64,000 bases of DNA from an uncultured Verrucomicrobiae bacterium (GTDB lineage: Bacteria; Verrucomicrobiota; Verrucomicrobiia; Limisphaerales; JAFGQR01), in contig CAWBHS010000038.1 of NCBI GenBank assembly GCA_963788655.1, positions 128,001 through 192,000 of the forward strand. Reading direction: 5' to 3'. Position numbers and translations under genes: made by a program. Shown here piece after piece: positions 33,396-43,449 of the stretch. How positions within the stretch are numbered: the first letter of the stretch is position 1; every line of letters starts with the position of its first letter. Under the pieces are notes generated by a model that worked only from the letters and a program-made list of their open reading frames with translations, had not been told where the DNA came from and made no database searches.

Positions 33396-34572
33396 ATGAA
33401 TTATCGCATTTCCAATCGTGCTGCTTCGCTGTCCCCGTCGCTCACGCTGGCTATTACCTCCAAGGCCAAGCAACTCAGGGCCGAGGGCCAGGATGTCGTC
33501 GGGTTTGGCGCCGGTGAGCCTGATTTCGATACGCCTCAGCACATCAAAGATGCTGCCGCCAAAGCCCTGGCTGAGGGCTTCACCAAATACACGCCGAGCA
33601 GCGGCATTCCCGAATTGCGCCAGGCCATTGTGGAGAAATTCAAGCGGGAGAACGGGCTGACCTACAAGCCCAACCAGATCATCGTCTCCTGCGGCGGCAA
33701 ACATTCTTGCTACAACGTGATCCTGGCCACCTGCCAGGAAGGCGACGAAGTGATCATTCCTTCGCCGTACTGGCTGAGTTATCCGGAAATGGTCAAGCTC
33801 GCCGGAGCCACGCCGGTGACGTTGGCCACGACCGATCAAGACGGAATTTAAAGTCACGCCCGATCAACTGCGCGCCGCGATCACGCCCCGGACGCGCCTG
33901 CTCATTTTGAATTCGCCGAGCAATCCGACCGGCTCGGTGTACACGCCTGACGAAGTCAAAGCCTTGGGCGACGTCTGCGTCGAAAAGGACGTGCTCATTA
34001 TGAGCGACGAAATTTACGAGCACCTGCTGTACGAGGGCGCCGTCCACAAAAGTGTCGCCAGCTTCTCGCCGGCGCACCAGGAACACACCATCATCGTCCA
34101 CGGCCTGGCCAAGGCCTGGAGCATGACCGGTTGGCGGCTGGGATTTTTCGCCGCGCCCGAACCGATTGCCAAGGCCATTGATGCCATCCAGAGTCACAGC
34201 ACCAGCAACCCGACCAGTTTCGCCCAGAAGGGCGGCGTGGTGGCCTTGACTGGTGGTATGGATCATCTCAAAGGTTGGCTGGCCGAGTTCGACAAGCGTC
34301 GCCGTTTTGCCCTCGAACAATTGAACAACATCCCGGGCCTCACCTGCTGTAAGGCTAAAGGCGCGTTCTATCTGTTCCCCAACATCAGTGGCACGGGCCT
34401 AAAGTCCGCCGAATTCTGCGACCAATTGCTGCAAACCGAGAAAGTGGCGGCCGTGCCGGGCATCGCCTTTGGCGCCGACGATTACCTCCGCCTCAGCTAC
34501 GCCACCAGTTTGGCAAACATCGAAAAGGGATTGGCCCGGTTGAACAAGTTTGTCCGAAGCTTGAGCAAGTAG
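33396..34572 (+). CDS. PLP-dependent class I/II (aspartate) aminotransferase (frameshift near 33845)
   Basis: [33 protein letters not shown]. Confidence 0.9.
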
Positions 34573-34582
34573 CCGCGACAAG

Positions 34583-34720
34583 TCACGGTTGAGCAGTCAC
34601 CCGACACAAGCTGTCGGGCTGGACGCCGACTACGCTTTGGGGGGTGCCGTTCGACCAGAAGATCTCCAAGTCCACTGGTGTGGAGTGTTGGCCCAGGCCG
34701 AAATGCAGTGGCCCAGCAGT
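34583..34720 (-). pseudogene. C-terminal remnant of an ASPIC/UnbV domain
   Basis: PLHFGLGQHSTPVDLEIFWSNG.PQSV; cut off upstream by REP-like palindromes. Confidence 0.55.
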
Positions 34721-35031
34721 TGCGGCGCATGGCCCGTGACGGCTCGGCAGGCGGGCGCGTGACGACGTCGGACTGCCGGCGCGAGGCGCGCCGGCGCACA
34801 GGGGGGGCGCCTGTGCGCCCCTCACGGTTGGGAGCGCGCCCGCCTCGGGCGCTGTCCACGGCGCCTCGCCGTGGACTCGAATGCCGCCCGGCACTGAAAA
34901 TTTTCCTGGGCATTCGACTACCGGGTCATTAGGATTCCTCCCGTTCTTTTGGTTTGCCACAAGCGGAAAGCTGCCAATCGTGTTCACCAACTGAGCCATG
35001 GAATTCGACAACACAGAAAATCAGCGTGCCC

Positions 35032-35355
35032 ATGGAACCGACTACCATCAATCTGACGGCGTCATCAAGCCCGACTCAGGACATCCTCAGCCTGGTCGCA
35101 ATGATCACCCTTGGAGTCACCGTTCTGGTTCATCTCATCGTTGCCATCGGAATCCTGAATGACTCGATGGAGATACAGCGACGAGGCGCTCGCCTGATGT
35201 TTTTTGGTGCTCTGACCTGGGCGTTTGTGGGACTCATGACGGGTGTGTTCGGGCTGCTGGCCTACTGGTTCATGCATCACTCTTCATTTCGCGCGGCAAG
35301 TAGTTCTCCGGCTACGGTTGGCGAACATAAAGAATGTGCAGAGCGCGTAACTTAA
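35032..35355 (+). CDS. Small membrane protein
   Basis: Hydrophobic helices with W...G...G..G..AYW..H. Confidence 0.6.
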   Translation: MEPTTINLTASSSPTQDILSLVAMITLGVTVLVHLIVAIGILNDSMEIQRRGARLMFFGALTWAFVGLMTGVFGLLAYWFMHHSSFRAASSSPATVGEHKECAERVT

Positions 35356-35372
35356 GCAGCTATTGGAAATCC

Positions 35373-37211
35373 ATGCGCAAAACACCTCCAATCACCCTGT
35401 TGTGCCGCGGAGCTATAATTGCGGCGGCGTGGGCAATTCCCTTAGCCGCCCGCGCCGACATGATGGCCGATTCGCCGGTCACGTTTCCCGCGAAAGGCGC
35501 ATTGCCGGCGAGGTATGCGCCCGATCGGTCGTTGCGAACCAACGAGGCGACCGAAGCCGGCTATTACATCTTCCCCACGCCGGAACGGTCATTGGCCCAA
35601 ATCCGGCAAATCCAATCCGAGATGCCGGCGGGCAAATTCACTCCGCCGCCCCCGGATTGGGCGTATATGCATCGCACCCGACGAATGCTGATTGAAGGCG
35701 GCGAATTGCGTCTGTTGGCGTTGGGCGACAGCATCGTCAACGATACGATGCGCTCCGGTTGGGTGGCTTTGCTGCAGGAGGCTTACCCGAAGGCGAACAT
35801 CACGGCCACGGTTTATGTGCGCGGCGGCGGGGGCTGCCAGCATTACCGGGAGGAAGAGCGGATTGCGAAAAACGTTATCCCGCGCAAGCCGGACCTGGTG
35901 TTCATCGGCGGCATCAGTCAGAAGAGGATCGCCGATATCCGCGAAGTGATCCACCAGTTACGCGCCGGTTTGCCGGAGGTCGAAATCCTGCTGGCTACCG
36001 GCGCATTCGGAACGGCCGATCCGCGCGATCCGAAGGCGTTGGCGAAGGCTGGCCATTCGGGCACCGGAATTTATGGCGCCGCGCTCAAGCAGTTGGCGGC
36101 CGAGGAACGTTGCGCCTACCTGGACATGACCGCCCCCTGGGCTGAATATATCCGGTCCTCCGGCCTCCACCCGCACCGGTTCTATCGCGACGTGGTTCAC
36201 GCCAACGAGTATGGCGAACAAATCCTGGCCAAAATCCTGATGGCATTTTGGAAGACGGACGGTTTCCAGATCGAGGAGAGCGACGAGCGAATCACCCTGC
36301 GCGGCGAAGCGTTGGAAGCATGCATCAGGAAAAAGGGCTACGTCAGTGGGATCGAGGGCGGCACGTTCCTCGACCAGCAAACCGGCGTGCGCGACCACAG
36401 CTTTGGCTTGGACATCCAGGATTGGATCATGGAGCCGGGCAGCGACGCCGCGTATCGCGACCAACTGCCCGGCGATTTGCGGTATGACTTCAACAATCTC
36501 GTGCATGGCCGGCGGGCAAAACGCAGCATCGAAGGACCGCAGATTTGCACACAGGCCAAGGAACTGACGCCGCGGGTGATCGAAGGCGCGGACTTCGTCG
36601 CTATCGAGCAAAGTTGGGAATACCGTCTCGCGGCTCCTGGCAAACAAGTTGGCTCCGCGTGGCAACAAACGTTGGTGTTCCCCGCCCGCAAGCGTTATTT
36701 CCTTTCGTCGGATCGCATCCTCAGCCGCAATTCCGGCGCGGCGATCTTCTTCCGCCAGGATATGCCCGGCCACATCAAACACCACCGGGGCGACACGTTC
36801 AGCGAGATTTACCTCAGCTATCGCGGACGCATTCCCGCCAGTGAGTTCTTTACTAATTTTCCGCCCGACGAAAAATTCAATTACCGCCGCGACCGCGATG
36901 GCGTGCCCCAGCGCATGATTCGCGCCGTTCACCTTCGCGACCCCCAGACCGGCGCCGCCGGCCCGTGGCTGGCCGGGATGACGCTCAATCCCGCCGACAC
37001 CTCGGAAGCGTGGTGCCATCAACGCGGCTACGTGTGCATGATTCACGAGGTCGGCGAACGGCCCATCAAGGCTGGGGAATCCTTTGGCGCGGCCTACGTC
37101 GTCGGATATTTCGATTCCATCGCGGAGATGGAAAAGGTCTATGACGAATACCACGGCGCCAGCGCCATTGAAGTGACGACCAATGGCTGGTGGTTGATTC
37201 CGGACAAGTGA
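35373..37211 (+). CDS. Secreted SGNH/GDSL hydrolase-like domain fused to an uncharacterised domain
   Basis: LGDSI and DVVH motifs in the N-terminal half; a distinct ~300-aa C-terminal half. Confidence 0.75.
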   Translation: MRKTPPITLLCRGAIIAAAWAIPLAARADMMADSPVTFPAKGALPARYAPDRSLRTNEATEAGYYIFPTPERSLAQIRQIQSEMPAGKFTPPPPDWAYMHRTRRMLIEGGELRLLALGDSIVNDTMRSGWVALLQEAYPKANITATVYVRGGGGCQHYREEERIAKNVIPRKPDLVFIGGISQKRIADIREVIHQLRAGLPEVEILLATGAFGTADPRDPKALAKAGHSGTGIYGAALKQLAAEERCAYLDMTAPWAEYIRSSGLHPHRFYRDVVHANEYGEQILAKILMAFWKTDGFQIEESDERITLRGEALEACIRKKGYVSGIEGGTFLDQQTGVRDHSFGLDIQDWIMEPGSDAAYRDQLPGDLRYDFNNLVHGRRAKRSIEGPQICTQAKELTPRVIEGADFVAIEQSWEYRLAAPGKQVGSAWQQTLVFPARKRYFLSSDRILSRNSGAAIFFRQDMPGHIKHHRGDTFSEIYLSYRGRIPASEFFTNFPPDEKFNYRRDRDGVPQRMIRAVHLRDPQTGAAGPWLAGMTLNPADTSEAWCHQRGYVCMIHEVGERPIKAGESFGAAYVVGYFDSIAEMEKVYDEYHGASAIEVTTNGWWLIPDK

Positions 37212-37268
37212 AAATCGAACCGGCGGAGTTGACGACCGGGAATTCGGCGTGTAGAAACCTCCCGGTTC

Positions 37269-37991
37269 ATGAAAAACATCGGCACACCTAAATACCGTCG
37301 CATCCTTCTCAAACTTACGGGCGAATCACTGGGCGAAAAAAATGGTGTCGGCATTTCTCCGGCGGCGGTCAATCGGATGGCCGAGCAAATCCGCGAGGTC
37401 CAGGAATTGGGGGTCGAAGTGGTGGTCGTGATCGGCGGGGGAAACATCCTCCGCGGAATGTCAGCCAGTCAGAAAGGCATCGAGCGAGCTACGGCCGATT
37501 ACATGGGCATGTTGGCTACCGTCATCAATGCGCTCGCCCTCCAGGATGCGCTGGAACGGATGGGCATTTCGACCCGCGTCCAGAGCGCCATCACCATGCA
37601 CCAGATTGCCGAGCCGTTCATTCGCCGGCGCGCGGTCCGGCACCTCGAGAAAGGACGCGTGGTGATCTTTGGTGGGGGTACCGGCAATCCTTACTTTTCG
37701 ACGGATACCGCTGCGGCCTTGCGCGCCAATGAAATTGCGGCCGATGTCATTCTTAAAGGCACGAAAGTGGACGGCGTGTACGACAAGGACCCGAAAAAGT
37801 TTCCCCACGCCAAGCTTTACGCCAAGGTGAGCTATCTCGAAGCGTTGCGAAAGCAGCTCAGGGTGATGGATTCAACCGCCTTCACCCTGTGCATGGACAA
37901 CAAAATGCCTATCATCGTCTTCAATATGTTCAAGCCTCACGTTTTGCGACGGGTGATTTTGGGCGAGCTCGTGGGCACAACGGTCACTTAA
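37269..37991 (+). CDS. pyrH: UMP kinase
   Basis: [38 protein letters not shown]. Confidence 0.95.
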   Translation: MKNIGTPKYRRILLKLTGESLGEKNGVGISPAAVNRMAEQIREVQELGVEVVVVIGGGNILRGMSASQKGIERATADYMGMLATVINALALQDALERMGISTRVQSAITMHQIAEPFIRRRAVRHLEKGRVVIFGGGTGNPYFSTDTAAALRANEIAADVILKGTKVDGVYDKDPKKFPHAKLYAKVSYLEALRKQLRVMDSTAFTLCMDNKMPIIVFNMFKPHVLRRVILGELVGTTVT

Positions 37992-38009
37992 TAGCCTGGC
38001 CTAACACAG

Positions 38010-38037
38010 AAAAACCGGCCTCGAAATCGAGGCCGGT
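38010..38037 (-). terminator. Intrinsic terminator between convergent genes
   Basis: ACCGGCCTCG-AAAT-CGAGGCCGGT followed by a T5 run on the minus strand. Confidence 0.7.
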
Positions 38038-38077
38038 GGGCATTCTAAATGGTTTTCGGAAATAGTGGTTTGCTCGC

Positions 38078-38863
38078 TTATTCGGTAGGCTGTGCGTAAT
38101 TGCGGGCGCCTTCTTGCACAATGCCCGAATCTGCCGGGGAGGTTTCGGTAATGGTGTCAGGAAAGACCTTGAACGGCGGCCCCGGAGTGGGCGGAGGAGC
38201 CGGAATGAATTCGGGACGGAAATCTGCTGTGTTATTCGCCAACTCCAGTTCGACCGGTTTTTCTTTTTCCGGCGTCAACTTGTCGGCCTTGTTGATGAGG
38301 TCGGAAAGCGTGGTCGGCTGATTCCCGGATTGTTGGGCGGCTTCCAAAATGTAAGGCTTCAGCGTGGGGATCGCCAGCGTGACGGCGCCCAGAATCTCGC
38401 TGCTGGAATGGGGAACCGCGCTGGCCACGGACGTTGCCACCGTTTTATAGCTGGTCGGGAGCCCCTTGCACACCGAGTAAACGATCCGCCAAGCCTGTTT
38501 CGGAGCCGCCGCCGCGGCCGCTTTGGAAATGGGGCCGACCTGCTTGGGTTGAAGCATCGCACCTCGCGCCGCGGCAATCGGGGCCATGTCCGGGACCAGC
38601 TTGGAAATTTCAGCCACCACGGCCGCCGTCACCGCCGGGTGCGTCGCCACGACGGCGTCCACGACCAGCACGGTGGTCAATTCTTTCGCCGCTTGGGGTG
38701 CTTTGATTACCAATCCCGCGCATTGAGTCGGCAGATCCAGTGGTTTGCTGGTGCTGAGCATTTCCTTATATGGGTTCGTCTTCGCCGGCTCCTTGGCAAA
38801 CGTGTTTGCGGTCGTCACCGATAGTGATACCGCAAGACAAATGAACAATTGGATGGTTCTCAT
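38078..38863 (-). CDS. Secreted Ala-rich hypothetical protein
   Basis: Signal peptide, repeated P..A..I..A helical units, Pro-rich tail. Confidence 0.75.
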   Translation of the reverse strand: MRTIQLFICLAVSLSVTTANTFAKEPAKTNPYKEMLSTSKPLDLPTQCAGLVIKAPQAAKELTTVLVVDAVVATHPAVTAAVVAEISKLVPDMAPIAAARGAMLQPKQVGPISKAAAAAAPKQAWRIVYSVCKGLPTSYKTVATSVASAVPHSSSEILGAVTLAIPTLKPYILEAAQQSGNQPTTLSDLINKADKLTPEKEKPVELELANNTADFRPEFIPAPPPTPGPPFKVFPDTITETSPADSGIVQEGARNYAQPTE

Positions 38864-39514
38864 ATCTCGTCTTTCTTCAGGCCGTTTGTATCGGCCTTAT
38901 GTAACAGAGAGCACGGCTCCCGTCAATTTAATTTTTCCCGAATTCAAATCGGGCTTTGGAGAACCAAAGCGGAAGATTACACCCCCGAAGGAACTCCCGA
39001 GATTTGCCGGCTGAGAGGCGCTGAGAGGATCTTCCGCGTCAAACTTTCTCAGGAGACACTCCGTCCTTTGCTGCGGGAGTTAAAGCAGAAGTCATCCTCG
39101 GCAACCCGGCCGGAGTCCCAACCAACAACCGCAGAGGGTCTCCCACAGTTGGGCCAGAATGCTTCTGATGATCAACCTCTTAGCCCGCCGATATGGGAGA
39201 AGGCTTGCGATTGTCCGCCGGCCGATGGGGAGCGAGAGCCGGAGACGAGTTGGCCGCTGGAAGCGGTGCCACAGACCCTGTGGTGTAATCACATTGGCCT
39301 GCTGCTGTTGGCGCCGGTCGTGGATCCGCCGCAAGCCCTCCTCAAGCAGTGGCTGGCCAGCTTGGGCGCCCTGAACATCGAGCAGACCAAGTTCCGATTT
39401 TGATGCGGGATTCTGGGAATGAAAATGTGGCGGCAAGGCTTTGGAACGAATGATGAGCGGGTTGCCGCCACATGTTCGTTCCTGTGACAAGACATGGTTG
39501 TTACGGAGGGAAAA

Positions 39515-39591
39515 TGGGGTGACCGACGGGACTCGAACCCGCGACAGCCAGAACCACAATCTGGAGCTCTACCAACTGAGCTACGGCCACC
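39515..39591 (-). tRNA. tRNA-His(GTG)
   Basis: GGTGGCCGTAGCTCAGTTGGTAGAGCTCCAGATTGTGGTTCTGGCTGTCGCGGGTTCGAGTCCCGTCGGTCACCCCA; canonical cloverleaf with G-1, C73 and CCA. Confidence 0.97.
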
Positions 39592-39843
39592 AACCGTGCG
39601 AGGAACGCTAGATTCCCCGCCGAAAACCGTCAAGCCCAACGTAATCCTCGACAGCAAACCGAGACTTCGGCGAAAACCCTGCCGGGAATGACCAAGATCC
39701 AATGGCCGATGACCAGAGAACGATCAAGGCACAATGCCCGTCGGGCCCGGGGGAGAGTGCTTGATTTTGATGGGTGCTTGGGGACTTGGGGACTTGGTCA
39801 TACGCGGTTGCTTGGGTGTCGGCCATTGGTCCTTCCTGCGCGG

Positions 39844-40947
39844 TCACCACGTTTCCACCGGCCCCTTGGGCACCGGGATGCTAACGGGGCCGGGCGCGTT
39901 TTCTTCGGCCATGAAGGAGGCAACCAAGGGCGGCGGACGGAACTGTGGTTTCAGTTCGCCCGATTCATCCAGGAACTGCTGACGCCAATGCAGGTAGTCG
40001 GCGAGAATTTCCTGAAGTTCTGCACGGCAGGACAACAACACGACGCGCTTCTTGAATTCCACGGCGGGGCCGAACCGTTTGGCATACCAAGGCGCCACCT
40101 TGCGAAACATCCGACAACCCAGTTCTTCGCCAAATACCTCGACCATCAGGTCCAGATGCCGGCCCATCACGCGCACGCGTTCGGCAAACTCCGGCTCCGG
40201 CAATAACTCGCCGGTCATCAGATAATGTCCGGTCTGCTGAAAAATCCAGGGGTTGTAGAAGGCGCCCCGGCCGATGCTGACGCCCGCGCACCCGGTTTCG
40301 TCCATCATCCTCCGCGCCGCGGTGGGCGTGGTGACATCGCCGTTGCCGATAACCGGGATGCGCTTCACCGCCTGCGTCACCGCGCGAATGCCCGCCAAGT
40401 TGACGGTGCCGCCAAAGCCCTGTTCACGGGTCCGTCCGTGAACAAACACCGCCGCCACGCCCACGTCTTCCAATGTGCGCGCCAAATCAGGCGCGGTGAT
40501 GTTCTGATTATCCCAACCCAAGCGCATCTTGGCGGTCACGGGTATCTTGACGGCTTCCACCATGCCTTTGACCAGGCGCGCGGTTTGGTCCAACTCGATC
40601 ATCATCGCCGAACCGCCGCCGACCTTGCAAACCTTGCGCACTGGGCAGCCCATGTTGATATCCACCGAAGCCAGTCCCAAGGATTCCAACAGGCTGGCCG
40701 CGTCGCGCATCTCTTCCGGCACGGAACCAAATAACTGGGTGGCGAGCGGCCGGTCCGCCGGCCGGCTCTCAATGAGCTTGAACGCCTTGGGTCTTTTTTC
40801 TAATAGCGATCGGGCATTGACCAAATCCGTCGTGGCCAGTCCCAAGCCACCAATTTCACGCAGCACCAACCGGAACGGCAGGTTGGTGTAGCCCGCGAGC
40901 GGGGAAAGGAACAAGCTGGATTCAAGTTCAAGCGATCCGAAACGCAT
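39844..40947 (-). CDS. dusB: tRNA-dihydrouridine synthase
   Basis: LSPLAGYT, DINMGCP, VHGRT, GNGDV, IGRG...NPW. Confidence 0.9.
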   Translation of the reverse strand: MRFGSLELESSLFLSPLAGYTNLPFRLVLREIGGLGLATTDLVNARSLLEKRPKAFKLIESRPADRPLATQLFGSVPEEMRDAASLLESLGLASVDINMGCPVRKVCKVGGGSAMMIELDQTARLVKGMVEAVKIPVTAKMRLGWDNQNITAPDLARTLEDVGVAAVFVHGRTREQGFGGTVNLAGIRAVTQAVKRIPVIGNGDVTTPTAARRMMDETGCAGVSIGRGAFYNPWIFQQTGHYLMTGELLPEPEFAERVRVMGRHLDLMVEVFGEELGCRMFRKVAPWYAKRFGPAVEFKKRVVLLSCRAELQEILADYLHWRQQFLDESGELKPQFRPPPLVASFMAEENAPGPVSIPVPKGPVETW

Positions 40948-41162
40948 CAGGGGCGTTTAATCCAACTGGCCCGCTCAAGCAAGCCCCCAGCTTTCCGTCG
41001 CCTCCAACGGCGCCGGCGAACGCGGCGGCGGCGGAGAGCGGCCGACATTCGCGCGCACGTTATCCTTCCGTTTCTGCCGGCGGGACGCCGGCAGCACGTT
41101 GGCGCGCAGGTGGCCAAATAACGCGCTTGCGATTCGTAACGGCTTAAGGAAAAATTAGCGCA

Positions 41163-42242
41163 ATGATGAGTTTGCGTGTTAGTTCGTTGATCCGTTTCCT
41201 GACCGTGCCCGGCGCGGTCATGCTCGGATTGCTGCTCCTGGCCGGCTGTGGCCGGGACGAGGTGCGCGTTCAGCAAGTGCCAAAGGAACGGGCGCTTTCA
41301 TTCGCTCAGGATGCATCCGCTCCGCAATCCACGGCGGCGTCTCCCGGCATTTCCTGGACGGTTCCCCAAGGCTGGACGGATCAGGGCGCCAGCGGCATGC
41401 GCGCAGGCAGTTTCGCAGCTACCGGTCCTAATGGCGACAAGGTGGACATCTCGGTCATTGCGCTGCAAAGCTGGACCGGGCAGGAATTGGGTAATGTGAA
41501 TCGCTGGCGCGGCCAGGTGGGCTTGGCGCCCATCAGCGACGCCGAACTGCCCAAGGAAACCACCCAACTGCAAATCGCCGGCCACCCGGCCTTTCTGTTC
41601 GACATGGCCGGCACGCCGCCCGGCGACCAGAAATCCACGCGCATTATTGTAGCGGTCTTACCCTTGCCGGCGGTTGCCTGGTATTTCAAAATGACCGGTG
41701 CCGATGCCCCGGTGGCCGAACAGAAACCGGCTTTCCTTGAATTTCTAAAATCCGTGACCTTCGGCCAGGGCGCCGCTCCCGGCAATATGGCTTCCGCTCC
41801 CCCGGAAACGGCCATGGGCGAGGGGTCGGCGGCCAATTTGCCCCAATGGACCGTGCCGGAAAACTGGAAGCAAGAAGCCCCAAAGCAGATGCAGGAGGCG
41901 CGTTTTTCCGCCCCCGGCCCCGACAATACCGAGGCGGAAGTATCATTCGCTGTGTTGGGCGGCACCGGGGGTGGCGTCTTGGCCAACGTCAACCGCTGGC
42001 GTCGCCAACTGGGGATGGAACCAGTCGATCAAGCCGGCTTGGGGAAAATCACGGCCGCCCTTGACGTTCCCGCAGGAATTGCCACTTTAGTAGATATGAC
42101 GGCTGAAGCTAAACAGACTCGAATTGTTGCCGCGATTGTCCCGCGCGGCAACGCGACGTGGTTTTTCCGGCTCTCCGGCCCCAGTTCCGCGGTAGAGACT
42201 CAGAAGGCGGCCTTTGTGAAATTCGTCAAGTCCGCCCAATAG
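41163..42242 (+). CDS. Lipoprotein with two homologous domains, first gene of the cytochrome c biogenesis operon
   Basis: Lipobox LAGC; twice WTVP..W ... NVNRWR.Q.G..P ... W.F...G. Confidence 0.8.
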   Translation: MMSLRVSSLIRFLTVPGAVMLGLLLLAGCGRDEVRVQQVPKERALSFAQDASAPQSTAASPGISWTVPQGWTDQGASGMRAGSFAATGPNGDKVDISVIALQSWTGQELGNVNRWRGQVGLAPISDAELPKETTQLQIAGHPAFLFDMAGTPPGDQKSTRIIVAVLPLPAVAWYFKMTGADAPVAEQKPAFLEFLKSVTFGQGAAPGNMASAPPETAMGEGSAANLPQWTVPENWKQEAPKQMQEARFSAPGPDNTEAEVSFAVLGGTGGGVLANVNRWRRQLGMEPVDQAGLGKITAALDVPAGIATLVDMTAEAKQTRIVAAIVPRGNATWFFRLSGPSSAVETQKAAFVKFVKSAQ

Positions 42243-42243
42243 A

Positions 42244-43449
42244 ATGCTCGAAAGTCTCTATAGATTCTTCTCTTCCCTCAAGCTGACGTTCGTGCTGCTC
42301 TGCGCAGCCACGGTGTTGGTTTTTCTGGGAACCATGGCCCAGGTGGAAATGGGCCTCTACAACGCGCAAAGTCATTTCTTCCGCAGCCTGGTCGTGTTCT
42401 GGGGGCCCAAGGGCGCGGGCTGGCAAATCCCGGTCTTCCCCGGCGGCTATCTGATCGGCACCCTGTTGCTGATCAACTTGGCCACAGCCCATTTGCGGTA
42501 TTACCGGGCCGGGCGAAGGAAGCTTGGCATTGCTCTGATTCACAGCGGCATCGTGCTCCTGCTCCTGGGCCAATTCGCCACCGACATGCTGCAAACTGAA
42601 AGCCACATGCGCCTGTCCGAAGGCGAGACGAAGAATTACTCGGAAAACGGGCGATACAGCGAACTGGTGGTCACGGACACGACCGATCCGAAAGTGAACA
42701 CCGAGGTGGCCCTGGCCGAATCCTCCGTAGCCAAAGGCGGTGAACACAGTCTGCCCCAGCTTCCGCTGACCGTTCGGGTTAACGAGTATTACGCGAATGC
42801 CCAACCGGAATTCGCCACGTCGAAAAGTGCGGACGTACCGATCCAAGGGATTGGCCAGCGGGTCAATTTCCAGCGGCTCAAGCCGGTAACACGCATGGAG
42901 TCGCGCGACGTTCCGGCCGCGCGGGTCGAAGTATTGGCCGGCGGCAATTCATTGGGTCAATGGTGGGTGTCCAATTGGTTCACGGAACAACAGTTGGCCA
43001 ACATCATCTGGCGTCAGGCCAGTCCCGCATTGCGGAAGCTCATGGAGCAAGGGCAATCGTTCAGTTACAAGGGCCGCAATTATCAAATCGCCATGCGGCC
43101 GGTGCGCTATTACAAGCCCTATTCGCTCGAGCTCGTCAAATTCCGGCACGACAAATATCCGGGCACCGACATCCCGAAAAACTTTTCCAGCCGGGTGCGC
43201 ATTCTCAATCCCCAGCACGACGAAAACCGGGAAGTGCTCATTTACATGAACCATCCGCTGCGTTACAGCGGCGAAACCTATTATCAATCCGGTTTCGACC
43301 AAAATGACCCGCGCGTGACCATTCTCCAAGTGGTGCGGAATCCTGGTTGGCTGACGCCGTACCTGGCCTGCATCCTGGTGGCGGTGGGGATGGCCACGCA
43401 ATTTCTTATGCACCTGTTTGGCTTTGTCGGGAAATGGAAGACCGCATGA
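42244..43449 (+). CDS. ResB/Ccs1-like cytochrome c biogenesis protein
   Basis: FFSSLKL, LIHSG, MNHPLRY.G..YQSGF, NPG...PY. Confidence 0.85.
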   Translation: MLESLYRFFSSLKLTFVLLCAATVLVFLGTMAQVEMGLYNAQSHFFRSLVVFWGPKGAGWQIPVFPGGYLIGTLLLINLATAHLRYYRAGRRKLGIALIHSGIVLLLLGQFATDMLQTESHMRLSEGETKNYSENGRYSELVVTDTTDPKVNTEVALAESSVAKGGEHSLPQLPLTVRVNEYYANAQPEFATSKSADVPIQGIGQRVNFQRLKPVTRMESRDVPAARVEVLAGGNSLGQWWVSNWFTEQQLANIIWRQASPALRKLMEQGQSFSYKGRNYQIAMRPVRYYKPYSLELVKFRHDKYPGTDIPKNFSSRVRILNPQHDENREVLIYMNHPLRYSGETYYQSGFDQNDPRVTILQVVRNPGWLTPYLACILVAVGMATQFLMHLFGFVGKWKTA

